Shown piece after piece: positions 10,953 through 21,748 of a stretch of DNA of 64,000 nucleotides. Source of the stretch: Rebecca billardiae RCC1528 (taxonomy: Eukaryota > Protista > Haptophyta); assembly GCA_965240325.2 (NCBI GenBank), contig OZ251223.1, positions 4,154,001 through 4,218,000 of the forward strand, written 5' to 3'. The translations under genes and the position numbers were made by a program. The notes under the pieces were generated by a model. It saw only the letters and a program-made list of their open reading frames with translations. It was not told the origin of the DNA and made no database searches. Each line of letters starts with the position of its first letter. Positions within the stretch are counted from its first letter, which is position 1.

Positions 10953-13124
10953 ATGTCGTTGGGCGCATGGCTGCGCGCGCTCGCCGCGCTGGCGTGCGGC
11001 CTGCCTCTGAGGCCTCCGCGCACGTCGCAGGGCTCGCCGGAGCGCGCGTGTGCGTCGTGGGGCAGTTGGCAGTGCCCGTCCGCCGAGCTTCTCGGCCAGC
11101 AGGAGCGCGCGCTCGCCGCTCTGCTGAACGCGAGCTCGGAGCTGCTGGCCCGCGACCCGCAAACGCGTCCGATGGAGTACCAGCCGTTCTGCGACGAGTC
11201 GCACCTTGCGTCGTGCTCGTGGTGCCCGATGCAGGCGCGAGCTCGGGCGGACGCCCACGCCCACGCCGCTCCGCTCGACCTCGCCGACGCCGTGCTCACG
11301 ATGATTGACGACCGCGCTCTGCACGCGTGGGCGGGCGTGCGGCGCGTGATGCAGCCACCACAAAAGTACATGATAAAAGGAGCGCCCGGGATCGACTATT
11401 ACTGCTCGGCATTCAGGGAAGGCGACCACTTCGTCCTCTCCACGCACAGCCGCGTCTACCGCTCCTTCGACGGCTTCGCGTGGAACAAGACGGGCGGCGT
11501 GCTGGCTGACATTGCGCTCACCTCCGAGCTGTGCACCTCGCACGTGGAAGACGGCAAGGCGCCGCCGCTGTACGTCGGCGCCTCGCTCGGGCGCATCCCG
11601 TGCACGAACACGCAGACGCGGCTCTACTCCATGCAGCCCACGCCGCACGGCGGCTTGCGCGGCAAGGCCCTCAAGTTTGGCGACAGGGCCGTGTACAGAG
11701 CGCCGCCGCCGGGCTGCGAGCGGCACGTGCGCAGCTGGGAGATGCTCGCGTCCAACCGCTCGCTGCTGCGCACGGGCGGCGACACGTGCGTGCTGCTGTA
11801 CCGCAATAGCCTGCGCGGCTCGGACATGCTCGCCGCGCGCGCCAACTACTGCGTGCGCGAGCGCGGCGAGCCCCGCTGGCGCGCGATCCGGGGGCTGGAG
11901 GTGCGCGAGGCGCAGTCGGCGCGCGCGATGCTCACCACCTCGCAGCCGGCGGACGACTTTTGGCGGCTCAAGGCGCACGCGTACCTCGACCTCGAGGGGA
12001 AGGCGGACATGTACCGCGTGCAGCTGTACACGCTCGGCGCAGTCGAGTACCCCGAGCACGCCGGCGCCGGCGCCAGCGCGCGCGCCGCACCGCCGCCCAC
12101 GCGCGAGGCCCGGACCGGCGGCACCCTCGGCTCCGCGCTCGGCTGGCTCGCGCCCGCGCCCTCGCCGCCGCCCTCGCCCGGCTCGCGCCTCTTCATCGGC
12201 GTGGGCAGCGTGTACAACTTCCCGAAAGCGGCGGACGTGCCGGCCTTCCGCGCCGCGTGCGCCGCCCTCCGCGGCGGCCTGCCGATCTGCGACACCATCG
12301 AGCCATACCTGCTGAGCTCGCGCGACGGCGCGCACTGGGACGCGGGCTGGGTGTACGCGCGCTCGCCGCTCGTGCCGCGCGGGGACTTGACGCCGGGCGG
12401 GCGCGCCAAGACCGACAGCGGGCTGCTGCTGCCGTGCGGGCACCCGCTCTTCCACGCGGGGCAGGTCTGGCTCTACTACCTCGGCTTCCGCCAGACGCAC
12501 GAGGAGCGCGCGCGCCTCACGCGCAAGGCCAGCCGGCCGTACCTGCACCTGGCGCGCTGGCCTCTGCACGCACTCGTCGGCCTTGAGCCGCCCGCGGCGC
12601 GCAGGGGCGAAGCGGCCGCGGTGGGCGTGGTGTGGACGAAGCGGATCGTGCGCCGGCGGGGGGACGCGCCTCTCGGCCTGCTGCTCGAGGCGGTGCGCCG
12701 CGGCGACAAGGCAGCGCGCGCGCGTGCGACGCTGCTGCGCCCCTACCTCGGCACGCGCGGCAGCGGCGGCACGCTTCGCGCGATCGTCGACGTTCGCGCG
12801 CGCGTGCTGCCTACAGCGGGCGCGGCCGGCAGCCGGCAGCGGACGACGGGCAAGAAGGCGCGCCGCGTCTTGCCCCCCTCGCTCTGCGTGCTCCGGCTAC
12901 CGCCGCTGCCCGAGCACGCCGCCGCGCCCGCCGCCGATGTGCTCGTGCAGCTGCGCATCTTGCTGGCGGGCACGCGGCTGCTCGCACTCGGCGCCGCGCA
13001 CGCGCTTGGCGAGCACGCGCCCTGCCAAGACGCCCCCGCGGTCCCCGCGGTCCCCGCGGTCCCCCGCCGCAAGGCGCCGGGCTCCCCGGCTGACCCCGAG
13101 TTGGCGGTCCCGTCGGAATTCTGA
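10953..13124 (+). CDS. Uncharacterised protein with N-terminal hydrophobic segment and a probable five-bladed beta-propeller (GH32/43-like superfamily) region
   Basis: ATG at 10953 (MSLGAWLRALAALACG). Asp-box-like YRSFDGFAW and LSSRDGAHW, plus PLVPRG..DSG and QVWLYYLG..H motifs. The composition is protein-like rather than a GC shadow. Confidence 0.6.
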   Translation: MSLGAWLRALAALACGLPLRPPRTSQGSPERACASWGSWQCPSAELLGQQERALAALLNASSELLARDPQTRPMEYQPFCDESHLASCSWCPMQARARADAHAHAAPLDLADAVLTMIDDRALHAWAGVRRVMQPPQKYMIKGAPGIDYYCSAFREGDHFVLSTHSRVYRSFDGFAWNKTGGVLADIALTSELCTSHVEDGKAPPLYVGASLGRIPCTNTQTRLYSMQPTPHGGLRGKALKFGDRAVYRAPPPGCERHVRSWEMLASNRSLLRTGGDTCVLLYRNSLRGSDMLAARANYCVRERGEPRWRAIRGLEVREAQSARAMLTTSQPADDFWRLKAHAYLDLEGKADMYRVQLYTLGAVEYPEHAGAGASARAAPPPTREARTGGTLGSALGWLAPAPSPPPSPGSRLFIGVGSVYNFPKAADVPAFRAACAALRGGLPICDTIEPYLLSSRDGAHWDAGWVYARSPLVPRGDLTPGGRAKTDSGLLLPCGHPLFHAGQVWLYYLGFRQTHEERARLTRKASRPYLHLARWPLHALVGLEPPAARRGEAAAVGVVWTKRIVRRRGDAPLGLLLEAVRRGDKAARARATLLRPYLGTRGSGGTLRAIVDVRARVLPTAGAAGSRQRTTGKKARRVLPPSLCVLRLPPLPEHAAAPAADVLVQLRILLAGTRLLALGAAHALGEHAPCQDAPAVPAVPAVPRRKAPGSPADPELAVPSEF

Positions 13125-13406
13125 CTGACACTTGTCTCAGCCATGCCTCGTGCCACGCCGGGACAGAACACTTCTTCGCCTCCCGGCGTGGGCTTCGGAG
13201 TAGCAACGGTCAGCGTCACACTCGCATCATGCGCACGTCGCACGAGCAGGTTCAGGTTGAACTTGATTGAAGGTGACGAGGTGTGCAAGCCGCATTGCAC
13301 ACGCCAAGTGCGCCAGTTTGGGAGCCCGTGCCAATCTGAAACTTGATTCGTGCAGCGCGCGCAAATAACTGTGACGAAATTGTGGCCGTCGTTCGGCTCA
13401 TTTAGC

Positions 13407-14782
13407 ATGATGGCCGCGGCTCATCACCGCCTCGCCAGGCGGAGCACGAGCTGCTGCCTCGTACTCCTGCTCGGCGGCTCGCTCGAGGCGATGGGCGTCA
13501 CGCTGAGCCGATCACCGCACACGCCGCCCGCGCTGCTGCGCCGATCAGCCGGTGTGGTGCGCTCGCCCATCGTTGCGAGCGACCTCGTGTTCAGCACCAA
13601 CATCTACCCCTCCTCCGGCCGGCTGGACGGGCGGTCTGAGATGCGGTACCGCAGCGAGGACTGGCTCATGAACCTGCTCTCGCTCCCACGCTCGCTCGTG
13701 CTCCGCCGCGTCTCGTCGCACCTCGCGGCGAGCCTGCTCTCGTGCGCGGCGGTGCTGGCCGGGCGCTCGGCCGGGCTGCGGCTGCAGCTGCCGCCGCTGC
13801 CGCACACGCTGCTCGGCTCCTTCCTCGGCCTGCTCCTCGTGTTCCGCACGAACTCGGCCTACGGGTACGCGCCGCCCGGCCGCGCACGCCTCCGCCCCTT
13901 CGCCCCGGGCCCAGCTCGCCCCGCACGCTCACGCCCACGCTGCACGCGCCCTCGCGGGGCGTCGGGCGGCCGCCGTGCAGCCGCTTCTGGGAGGCTCGAA
14001 TGATCTGGGGCTCGGTGATGAACTCGGCGCGGAACCTCGCGCAGGCCATCGTCGTGTACGTCCGTCCGCTCTCCGAGCCGCGCGCCGCGCGCCTGCTCGA
14101 GCTGCTCGCCGCCTTCCCGCACGCGCTCGCGCACCGCTGCCTGAACGGCCGGCCTCCGCTCGACGAGCGCGTGAGTGCCGCGGTGGGCGAGCCAGCCGCG
14201 CTGCCCAACGTGCCCTCGGCCGCGTGCTTCGAGATGCGCGCGCTGCTCGCGGCTAGCGCCGCGGAGCTCGGCGCGTCGACCGAGCTCGCGCGCTCCCTCG
14301 ACACGCGGCTGCAGCTCGTCGAGATGGGGCGGCTCGTCGACGCGCTCGTGAACGCGCTTGGCGGGTGCGAGCGCATCCTGCGCACGCCCATCCCGCTCTC
14401 CTACTCTCGGCACACGAGCCGCGCGCTCTCGCTGTGGTGCGGCACGCTGCCGCTGGTGCTCGCGCCGCTGCTCGGCTGGGCCGCGCTGCCCGCGATGGCG
14501 GTGCTCTGCTGGACCCTCTTCGGCATCGAGGAGATCGGCCACCTCATCGAGCAGCCCTTCCTCGAGATGCAATCTCGCGCCGGCTCTGACTCTGAGCTCA
14601 CGCTCACGTTTGCGCCGACCGAGCCGCAGCGCGCGCGCAAGTCCACGCGCGCCGCGGTCTCGCTGTACGGGTACGGGCTGCCCGTCGAGCAGCTCGCGCA
14701 GGTGATCAGCGCCGAGGTCGACTCGATCAGCGCCGCTGAGCTGCCACGCGCCGACGGCGGGGCAGCAGGATCCCGACGGTAA
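13407..14782 (+). CDS. Bestrophin-like (UPF0187/VCCN-type) anion channel; exons 13407-13864, 13981-14782
   Basis: LGSFLGLLLVFRTNSAYG|RFWEAR joined across intron 13865-13980 (GTACGC..TGCAG). Also GGCERILRTPIPLSYSRHTSR and GIEEIGHLIEQPF. The N-terminal extension resembles a targeting presequence. Confidence 0.92.
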
Positions 14783-15170
14783 GCCGTGAGGCATCTGAGC
14801 GCACTTCAGAGGTCGTCGTATTGATCGGAGTATTCTCCGGCCTCCGGGAATCGACTCGACTCGACGGACGAGTCGGACGACGACCGCCGCCCCGGGACGG
14901 GTCGAGAGTTTATAGGCGGCCCGCGCCAGTGGCGCGCATATATTTAATTCGGCGCACTCGCGCTGCCATCTGGCAACCGACAGACTGTAACTACTCTATA
15001 AGCGCTACGTCGTCCGTCAGAAAATTTTGAACTCGGTGATGTCGATGAGAAAGAATATAACGACAAATAACGTCGCGGATGGACCGACGTCGTTCGGCCG
15101 GCGGCCATGCATCATCAGCCCACGCACGAGGGGCTCATAGTCATGCACTCCGCCGCTCACGGCTCAGGCG

Positions 15171-16046
15171 TTACACGTCCTTGCCTTCCTTCACGAGCAG
15201 GGCGATGCGCTCAGCGATTTCCTCCGGGACGTTCTCTTGGAGGAAGTGCTTCGCCGGCAGCTCGTGGATCGGCGTGGCGAGGTTGAGTGCCTCCCGTGCC
15301 AGCTGGCCCTCCTTGGAGGCTCGGAGCTCGAAGTCCTTAGCACCCCAGACGACCTGGGCTGGGAATGTGCGCTGCGCGAGAATGGGCAAGTACTTCTCCT
15401 CGAAGGCCTTGGTCGGCTCGAAGCCTTTCATGACCTTGATGAAGGCTGCACCGCCATCCGTCTGAACGAGGATTTCGCCGTATGCGCGGATCTCGCGATA
15501 CGAGGTTGGCTGCATCACGCCAAAGACGCGAAACATTGGGAACACCATCGGCGTGTTCATCGACTTGGCCATGAGCAGTCCGATGCCTGGGATGCTGAAC
15601 GTGCGCATGACGAACGGCTTGGAGAACTTGCTCACCACCGTGGGCGTGTTGAGCACGGTGAGCGAAAGGATCCGCTCGGGCGCTCGCGAGATCAGGTTGT
15701 ACCCAACGGGGCCGCCGACATCATGGACAACCAGGTGGAACTCGCGGAGGTTGGTGGCGTCGACGGCTTTGAGAAGCCAGGCACCCAGCCCCGTCCACGT
15801 GTAGTCGAAGTCGCGCGGTCGCTCGGAGAAGCCCATGCCCGGCAGGTCGAGCGCGATGCCTTCCAGGCCACGTGCGGCGAGCTCGGGCAGCACTTTGCGG
15901 TACAAGTAAGCGGAGGCGGGCACACCGTGGAGGCACAGAACGGGCGGGCCCTTCCCGTCACGCCAGATCCGCGTTGACGCCGTGCCGGGGATCTCCAGAC
16001 GTTTGCCCTTGGCCTCCCAATCCTTCACACCTTGCGAGAGCGGCAT
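15171..16046 (-). CDS. Alpha/beta hydrolase (haloalkane dehalogenase/epoxide hydrolase-like, Asp nucleophile), intronless
   Basis: CLHGVP oxyanion motif, ALDLPGMGFSERP, nucleophile elbow VHDVGG, VWGAKD and catalytic His in AKHFLQE. Confidence 0.9.
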   Translation of the reverse strand: MPLSQGVKDWEAKGKRLEIPGTASTRIWRDGKGPPVLCLHGVPASAYLYRKVLPELAARGLEGIALDLPGMGFSERPRDFDYTWTGLGAWLLKAVDATNLREFHLVVHDVGGPVGYNLISRAPERILSLTVLNTPTVVSKFSKPFVMRTFSIPGIGLLMAKSMNTPMVFPMFRVFGVMQPTSYREIRAYGEILVQTDGGAAFIKVMKGFEPTKAFEEKYLPILAQRTFPAQVVWGAKDFELRASKEGQLAREALNLATPIHELPAKHFLQENVPEEIAERIALLVKEGKDV

Positions 16047-16180
16047 CGTGCTTGCGCGTCACGCCGGGCGCCTCCGCCCAAGGACTGCGCTCGCCAGCCG
16101 TCCAGCCGGTTCGAAGCCGACGATCAAGCAGCAATATAGGGGTGAGGGCCTTGTGTGGCTCAAGTTTGTAGCTGTACGTA

Positions 16181-16221
16181 CTGCCTGAGCTGTGTGCGTC
16201 TCTTATTCTTAGTAAACTGTA
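16181..16221. repeat. 41-bp dispersed repeat, identical in reverse complement to 60323-60363
   Basis: CTGCCTGAGCTGTGTGCGTCTCTTATTCTTAGTAAACTGTA matches the other copy base for base on manual comparison. Confidence 0.9.
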
Positions 16222-16294
16222 CCCCCATACGAGAAAGCTCGTCCGACAAGAATCGACACAAGATTGGTCGAGCCGGGTGTTTGACCTGAAGTTT

Positions 16295-16375
16295 TTTTTA
16301 AAATTCCCCTTTATAACGGGCTCCGGGTGATCAGACTGGCGGCCGAAGCCTCCAGCCCTACCCTGGCCAGCCCCC
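16295..16375 (-). repeat. 81-bp dispersed repeat containing TATAAA, identical in reverse complement to 57535-57615
   Basis: Manual alignment gives 81/81 identity. It lies within a 171-bp segment (16222-16392) bracketed by the 12-bp direct repeat TAGTAAACTGTA (16210-16221 and 16393-16404). Confidence 0.9.
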
Positions 16376-16647
16376 GTGCACGTTAAATCATATAGTAAAC
16401 TGTATTGCCGCAGCAGTTTTTGCCGCGCTTGACTAGCAGACTGACAGAAGTAGCATCGTCTGCGGCCTCCAGCCTCCATCAGTCGGGCCCAGAGGCCGCG
16501 CCACGTGCGGACGTGAGCCGGCAAGCCGGCCCGGGCGGCAGCCTGACCAGGGCCGTCCGTGCCCGCTGCTATTTTTATTTTTTGACAGCGCGCTGCCGAG
16601 GCCGCCGCCGGCGCCGGCGCGCACGGCGCAGCCGGCGTGCGCGCGGC

Positions 16648-18854
16648 TCACTCGACCTTGACCGAGGCGTAGATGGTGCGCACGAACCAGAAGCACGCGA
16701 GGAAGCCCACCGTGCCGGTGAGGATGAAGAAGGCGTACGCGGCGATCAGCATGTACGAGACAAACATCACAATCGAGATGGCGCGCACCACCACCATCTT
16801 GGTGCTCAGGTACACGAGCGAGTACCCAAACAGGTACAGCCCGGACGAGCCCGCGGTCAGGAAGCCTGCGGGGCGGGAAGGCGCGGCGGGGCGCAGGGCG
16901 GTGAGCCGCGCGTCTCGCCGCGCGCGCCGCCGCGCGTCGCGCGCGCCGCGCTTCGCGCGCGCCGCGCTCTGCTTGCGCACCGCGCCACCACCAGTGGTAG
17001 TCCTCCGCGCACAGCTGGAAGTAGCACATCACGATCGTGATCTCTGCGCACGTCACCAGCAGGATGAGGAACACGACGAAGAGGAAGCCGAAGACGTAGT
17101 AGAACTGGTGCAGCCAGATGGAGGAGAGGATGAAGAAGAGCTCGATGAACACCGCGCCGAACGGCAGGATCCCGCCGACCAGCACGCAGAACACGGGCGA
17201 CATGTACCACGGCTGCTCGGGCACCACCCTCGGGATCTGGTTGGTGCGCGTCGGCCCCTCGATCGCAGGCGCCTTGTACCCGAAGTAGGAGCCGATGAAG
17301 ACCAGCGGCACGGAGATGCCGAACCAGAGGAGCAGCAGCGCGAAGAGCGTGCCTGCGACGGGGCGGGGCGGCGGGCGCGGGCGCGCGTCGGCGCGCGCGC
17401 GCGCGCGGCGCCGCGCTCGCGCTCGGCGCGGCCGCGGCCGCGGCGCCGCGCAGCGCACCAAACGGCACGGCGCCCGAGGACTTCTGCCCCCAGATGAAGA
17501 GGTTGAGCACGAAGAAGACGAGGCCGACGATGCCGGGGAACATCGTCGCCGTCTTGAGCGTGTTCGCCTTCCACGCCGTGCCGCGGAACATCTTGTACAG
17601 CCGCGCGGCCACGTAGCCGGCGAGCGCGCCCATGAAGACGTACAGCAGCAGCATGGCCGTCATCAGCCCGCCGCGGTTGGCGGGTGAGAGGAAACCGAGC
17701 AGCGCGAAGACCATGGTGACGGCGGCCATGCCGAGGACCTGCGCGCCGGTGCCCACGTACACCGCGAGCAGCCCCGCGTTCGCCGGCGGTCGGAACACGT
17801 CGCCGTGCACCAGCTTCCACCCGGACTCCTCCTGCGCGTCCTCGCGCGCCTCAAGCGCGTCGTTGTACCGGCTGAGGTCGCGCCGCAGCGTGCGCATCAT
17901 GATCATCGCGACCATGCCCGAGAGGAAGAGGACGATCATGAGCGAGTTGACCATGGAGAACCAGTGGATCTGCTCGTCCGTCGCGTACAGGTACACGTCC
18001 CACCGGCTCGCCCACTTCACGTCCGAGTACTCCCACGCGACGTCGTACGTCCAGAGCACCTCGGCCGCGGCCGCGACCGGCTGCGGCGGCAGGTCGTGCG
18101 AGACGGGCGCCTGCGCCGAGCACGTCTTGAGCGGCGGGCGCTTGCCCGGCGCGTCGTCCCACGCGCCCGCGTAGGCGTGCTTCACCGAGAACGGCTCCAC
18201 CTCGAAGCCCACGATCCGCGCGCCCTCGAACGCCGCGTCCGTGTGGTACTTGAGCACGAGCCGGTGGTGGTTGTACACGTACGCGACGCCCTCCGACGTG
18301 CCCGGGATGTCGGCCGAGCCCTTGAAGCCGAGGGGGAAGCCGCGCTCGTAGATCGTGATGATGCGCGAGGGCGACTCCGCCGTCGCGGGCTCGACCACGC
18401 GCGTCGCCGCCGGCAGGTTGTCCACGATCCAGTTCACGCGGTAGTCCTCGTGGATCTTGTGCGCAAACTCGGACATCTGCTCCGCGCTGTACGACATGCG
18501 GCACAGCACCTTGCACGACTCCTCGACGTGCATCGCGATCTCGTACGGCGAGTTCTCGATCCGGTCGCCGCGCAGGATCTCGCCCAGGTTCTCCGCGACG
18601 TGCTCGATCCGCTCCGGCCGGCAGAAGGGCAGCGAGTACCACTCGTACGGCAGCTGCGTCTTGGTCGACGCGAGCTTGTTCAGCTTGAGCTCGACGCGGT
18701 CGCCCTTGAGGTACTCGCGCGGCGCGACGCCGGGGAGGTAGAACGCGTGCACGCGGGCCGGCCCGCCCGCGAGCAGCGCCAGCGCGCACGCCGACGCCGC
18801 GGCCGCGCCGCGCGGCGCGGCTCGTCGTCCGCGTGCCCGCGGGCTGCCCAGCAT
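16648..18854 (-). CDS. Transmembrane 9 superfamily (TM9SF/EMP70, TM9SF2/4-like) protein; exons 18854-17459, 17352-16981, 16865-16648
   Basis: [56 protein letters not shown]|[35 protein letters not shown]|FLT and the C-terminus [12 protein letters not shown] introns at 17353-17458 and 16866-16980. Confidence 0.96.
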
Positions 18855-19484
18855 GGCCCCTCGCTGATCCGCGCGTGCAGCCGCTGGAAGTTGACGCGCG
18901 CTCGGATCTCAGCTCGCGTCCACGGCGCGGCTGCCCCTTCCCGGACTCTGCGGCCCGAGTTCCGCCCACAAAAAGGCACAGCAGTGCAAACTGCAAAGCC
19001 GTTGAGGGATCCAGGCCGTCTGGCCGTACTACTACAAACAGCAGCGATGGCGGCGCAAGGGAGGGTACATATGCACGGACGTGCCCGCATGGCACCTCGA
19101 CTTCCCCTCCGAGCCGAGTAGCGGACTTCGAGGGATGCTGGCCGGCGCTTTCGTCGAGTGGTATCACGTTCGGGGCTGCCGAGCGTCCCGGGGACCGGGC
19201 CAGAGCCGCGGGACCCGGACAGGCGCGACTGGCCCCGGTCCTGGCCGGCGGACTCCGCCCGCGGTAACGCGAGTTCGCCGCGGCCCGCCAGTGGGCCTGG
19301 CGACGGACCGCGTGACGAGTTTCCTCGTGATATCGTCGTAACGTATGCTACTACGTCCGGTCCCGCAGGGCAGACTCGTGACTCGACTTGGCTGAGTATT
19401 GCTATACAGCTTATTTGATGGGCGGGCGCGTCGGCGGACGACGAGCGCAAGTTGGCCCGCAAGTCACTTAGACACTACTACTAG

Positions 19485-21714
19485 TCAGCGCTGCGCGCGG
19501 CCGATCGGCGGCGACGGCCGCTCGGCGTCGAAGAGCGCGTCCGCGAGCGGCATCTCCGCGAGCGCCGAGGGCGAGGGCTTCTCGCGCTCCCAGAGCGAGT
19601 CCCCGCGCAGCACGACCGGCGTGTGCGTCGCGCGCGCCGCGCGCAGCCGGCGGAGCGGGCTGTCGGCCGACGCGCGGCGCGCCGCGGCGTGCGCGGCGCG
19701 CGCGCCCGCGCCCGCGGCGGGCGAGCTGCCGGGCGGCCGGCGCGCGCTCCACGCGACGGCGCGCGGCGCGGTGCCCGCGCCGGCGCGCGCGGGCTTGGGC
19801 GGCGGCGACGACTTGCGCCGCGACGCGTCCGCGAGCGCGGCGGTCACGGCCGCATCAGCCGCCGCCTTGCCGCCGGGCGAGCCGGGCGGCGCGCCGCCGG
19901 CGCGGCTCGGCGCGCGGCGCGGCGGCGCGCTCGTCGAGCGCCCGGCGCGGTGCGCGGCGGGCTCGCGCGCGTCCGCGAGCGCCGCCTCGAGCTCGGCGGT
20001 GGAGAGCAGCGCCTCCTCCAGCCGCGCGCTCAGCACCGCGCGCTCCGCCGCCCACGCCTCGCGCGCCTCGGCGGTCGCGAGCGACGCGGCGACGAGCTCG
20101 GAGCCTCGCGCCTCGAGCGCGGCGCGCAGCCGCGCCAGCTCGGCGTCCGCGCCGCGCGCCGCCTCGGCGACGAGCTCGGAGGCGGCGGCGCGCGCCTCCT
20201 CGGCGGCAGCCTCGGCGTGCGCCGCGCCGCGCCGCGCGCCGCGCTCCGCCGCCTCGCGCCCCGCCGCCTCCGCCTCCGCCACCTCGGCGCGCAGCGCGCC
20301 GAGCGCCGCCGCCGCCGCCGCCGCCTCGCGCTCGGCCGCGTCCGCGCGCGCGCGCTCGCGCACCGCCGCCGCGCGCGCGCCGCCCTCGGCGTCGCGCGCG
20401 GCGTCGGCCGCGTCGCGCGCGGCGCGCAGCCGCGCCTCGGCCTCGGCCGCCGCCGCGCTCGCGCCGTCCGCCGCGCCGCGCGCCGCCGCCGCGCCGCTCT
20501 CCGCGCGCGCCGCGCGCCGCGCCGCCTCCTCCGCCGCGTCGCGCGCGGCGGCGCCGTCGGCGCGCGCCGCGTCCGCGTCCGCGCGCGCCGCGTCGCGCGC
20601 GCCCTCGGCGTCGGCGAGCCGCGCGCGGAGCGCGCTGAGCGCCGCGCGCGCCTGCGCCGCCTGCCCCTCCGCGTCCTCCGACCAGCCGTCCAGCTCGGCG
20701 CGCGCGCGCTCCGCCTCCGCGTCCGCGTCGGCCGCGCGCGCCGCCGCGTCGGCCGCGGCCGCGCGCGCGTCCGCCGCCTCGCGCGCCGCGGCGTGCGCGT
20801 CCGCCGCCGCGCGCTCGAGCGCGGCGCGCAGGTCGTCGGCGTCGGCCGCGGCGGCCTCGGCCTCGGCGGCGCGCGCGGACGCGGACGCGGCGTCCGTCTC
20901 CGCGCGCGCCGCGCGGCCGCGCGCCGCGTCCGCGTCCGCCGACGCGTCGAGCGCCGCGGCGCGCGCGCGCTCGGCCGCCGCCTCGGCCGCGGCCGCGCGG
21001 CCGCGCGCCGCGCTCAGCTCGTCGGCCGCGCGCGCCTCGGCCGCGTCGGCGCGCTCGGCGGCGCGCGCGGCGGCGGCGCGCGCGGCGGCGGCGGCGTCGT
21101 CCGCCTCGCGCAGCTGCGCGCGCAGCCGCGCGATCTCCACCGCCGCCGCCGCCGCCGAGGCGGTGCCGCCGTCGGCGACGCGCGCCGCCGCCGCCTCCGC
21201 CGCCTCGGCGCGCGCGCGCTGCCGTGCGCACTCGGCCTCGGCCGCGGCCGCGGCGCGCGCCGCGTCGGCGAGGGCGGCGCGCGCGGCGGCGGCCGCCTCG
21301 GCCGCGCCGCCCGCCGCCGCCTCGCGCGCGCCCGTCGCGCCCGCCGCCGCCGCCTCCGCCGCCTCCGCGCGCGCGCGCTCGCGCCCGAGCGCCGCCTCGG
21401 CCGCGTCCGCGCGCGCGCGCGTGCCCGCCGCGTCGGCGCGCGCCGCCTCCGCCTCGCGCGCCGCGCGCTCCGCCGCGGCGGCGTCGGTGCTGGTCGCGGC
21501 GGCGGCGGCGGCGGCGGCGCGCGCCTCGGCGGCGCGCGCGTCGCGCGCCTCCGCGTGCGCGCGCGCCACCTCCGCGTCCGCGTCCGCGCACGCGCGCTCG
21601 AGCAGCCCGCGCAGTCGCGTCGCCTCGGCGCGCGCGCCCTCGAGCTCGGCCGCGGCGCCGCCCGCGTCCGCGCGCGCGGCCGCGAGCTGCGCGCGCAGGC
21701 GCTCGGCCTCGGAC

Positions 21715-21748
<34 letters not shown>

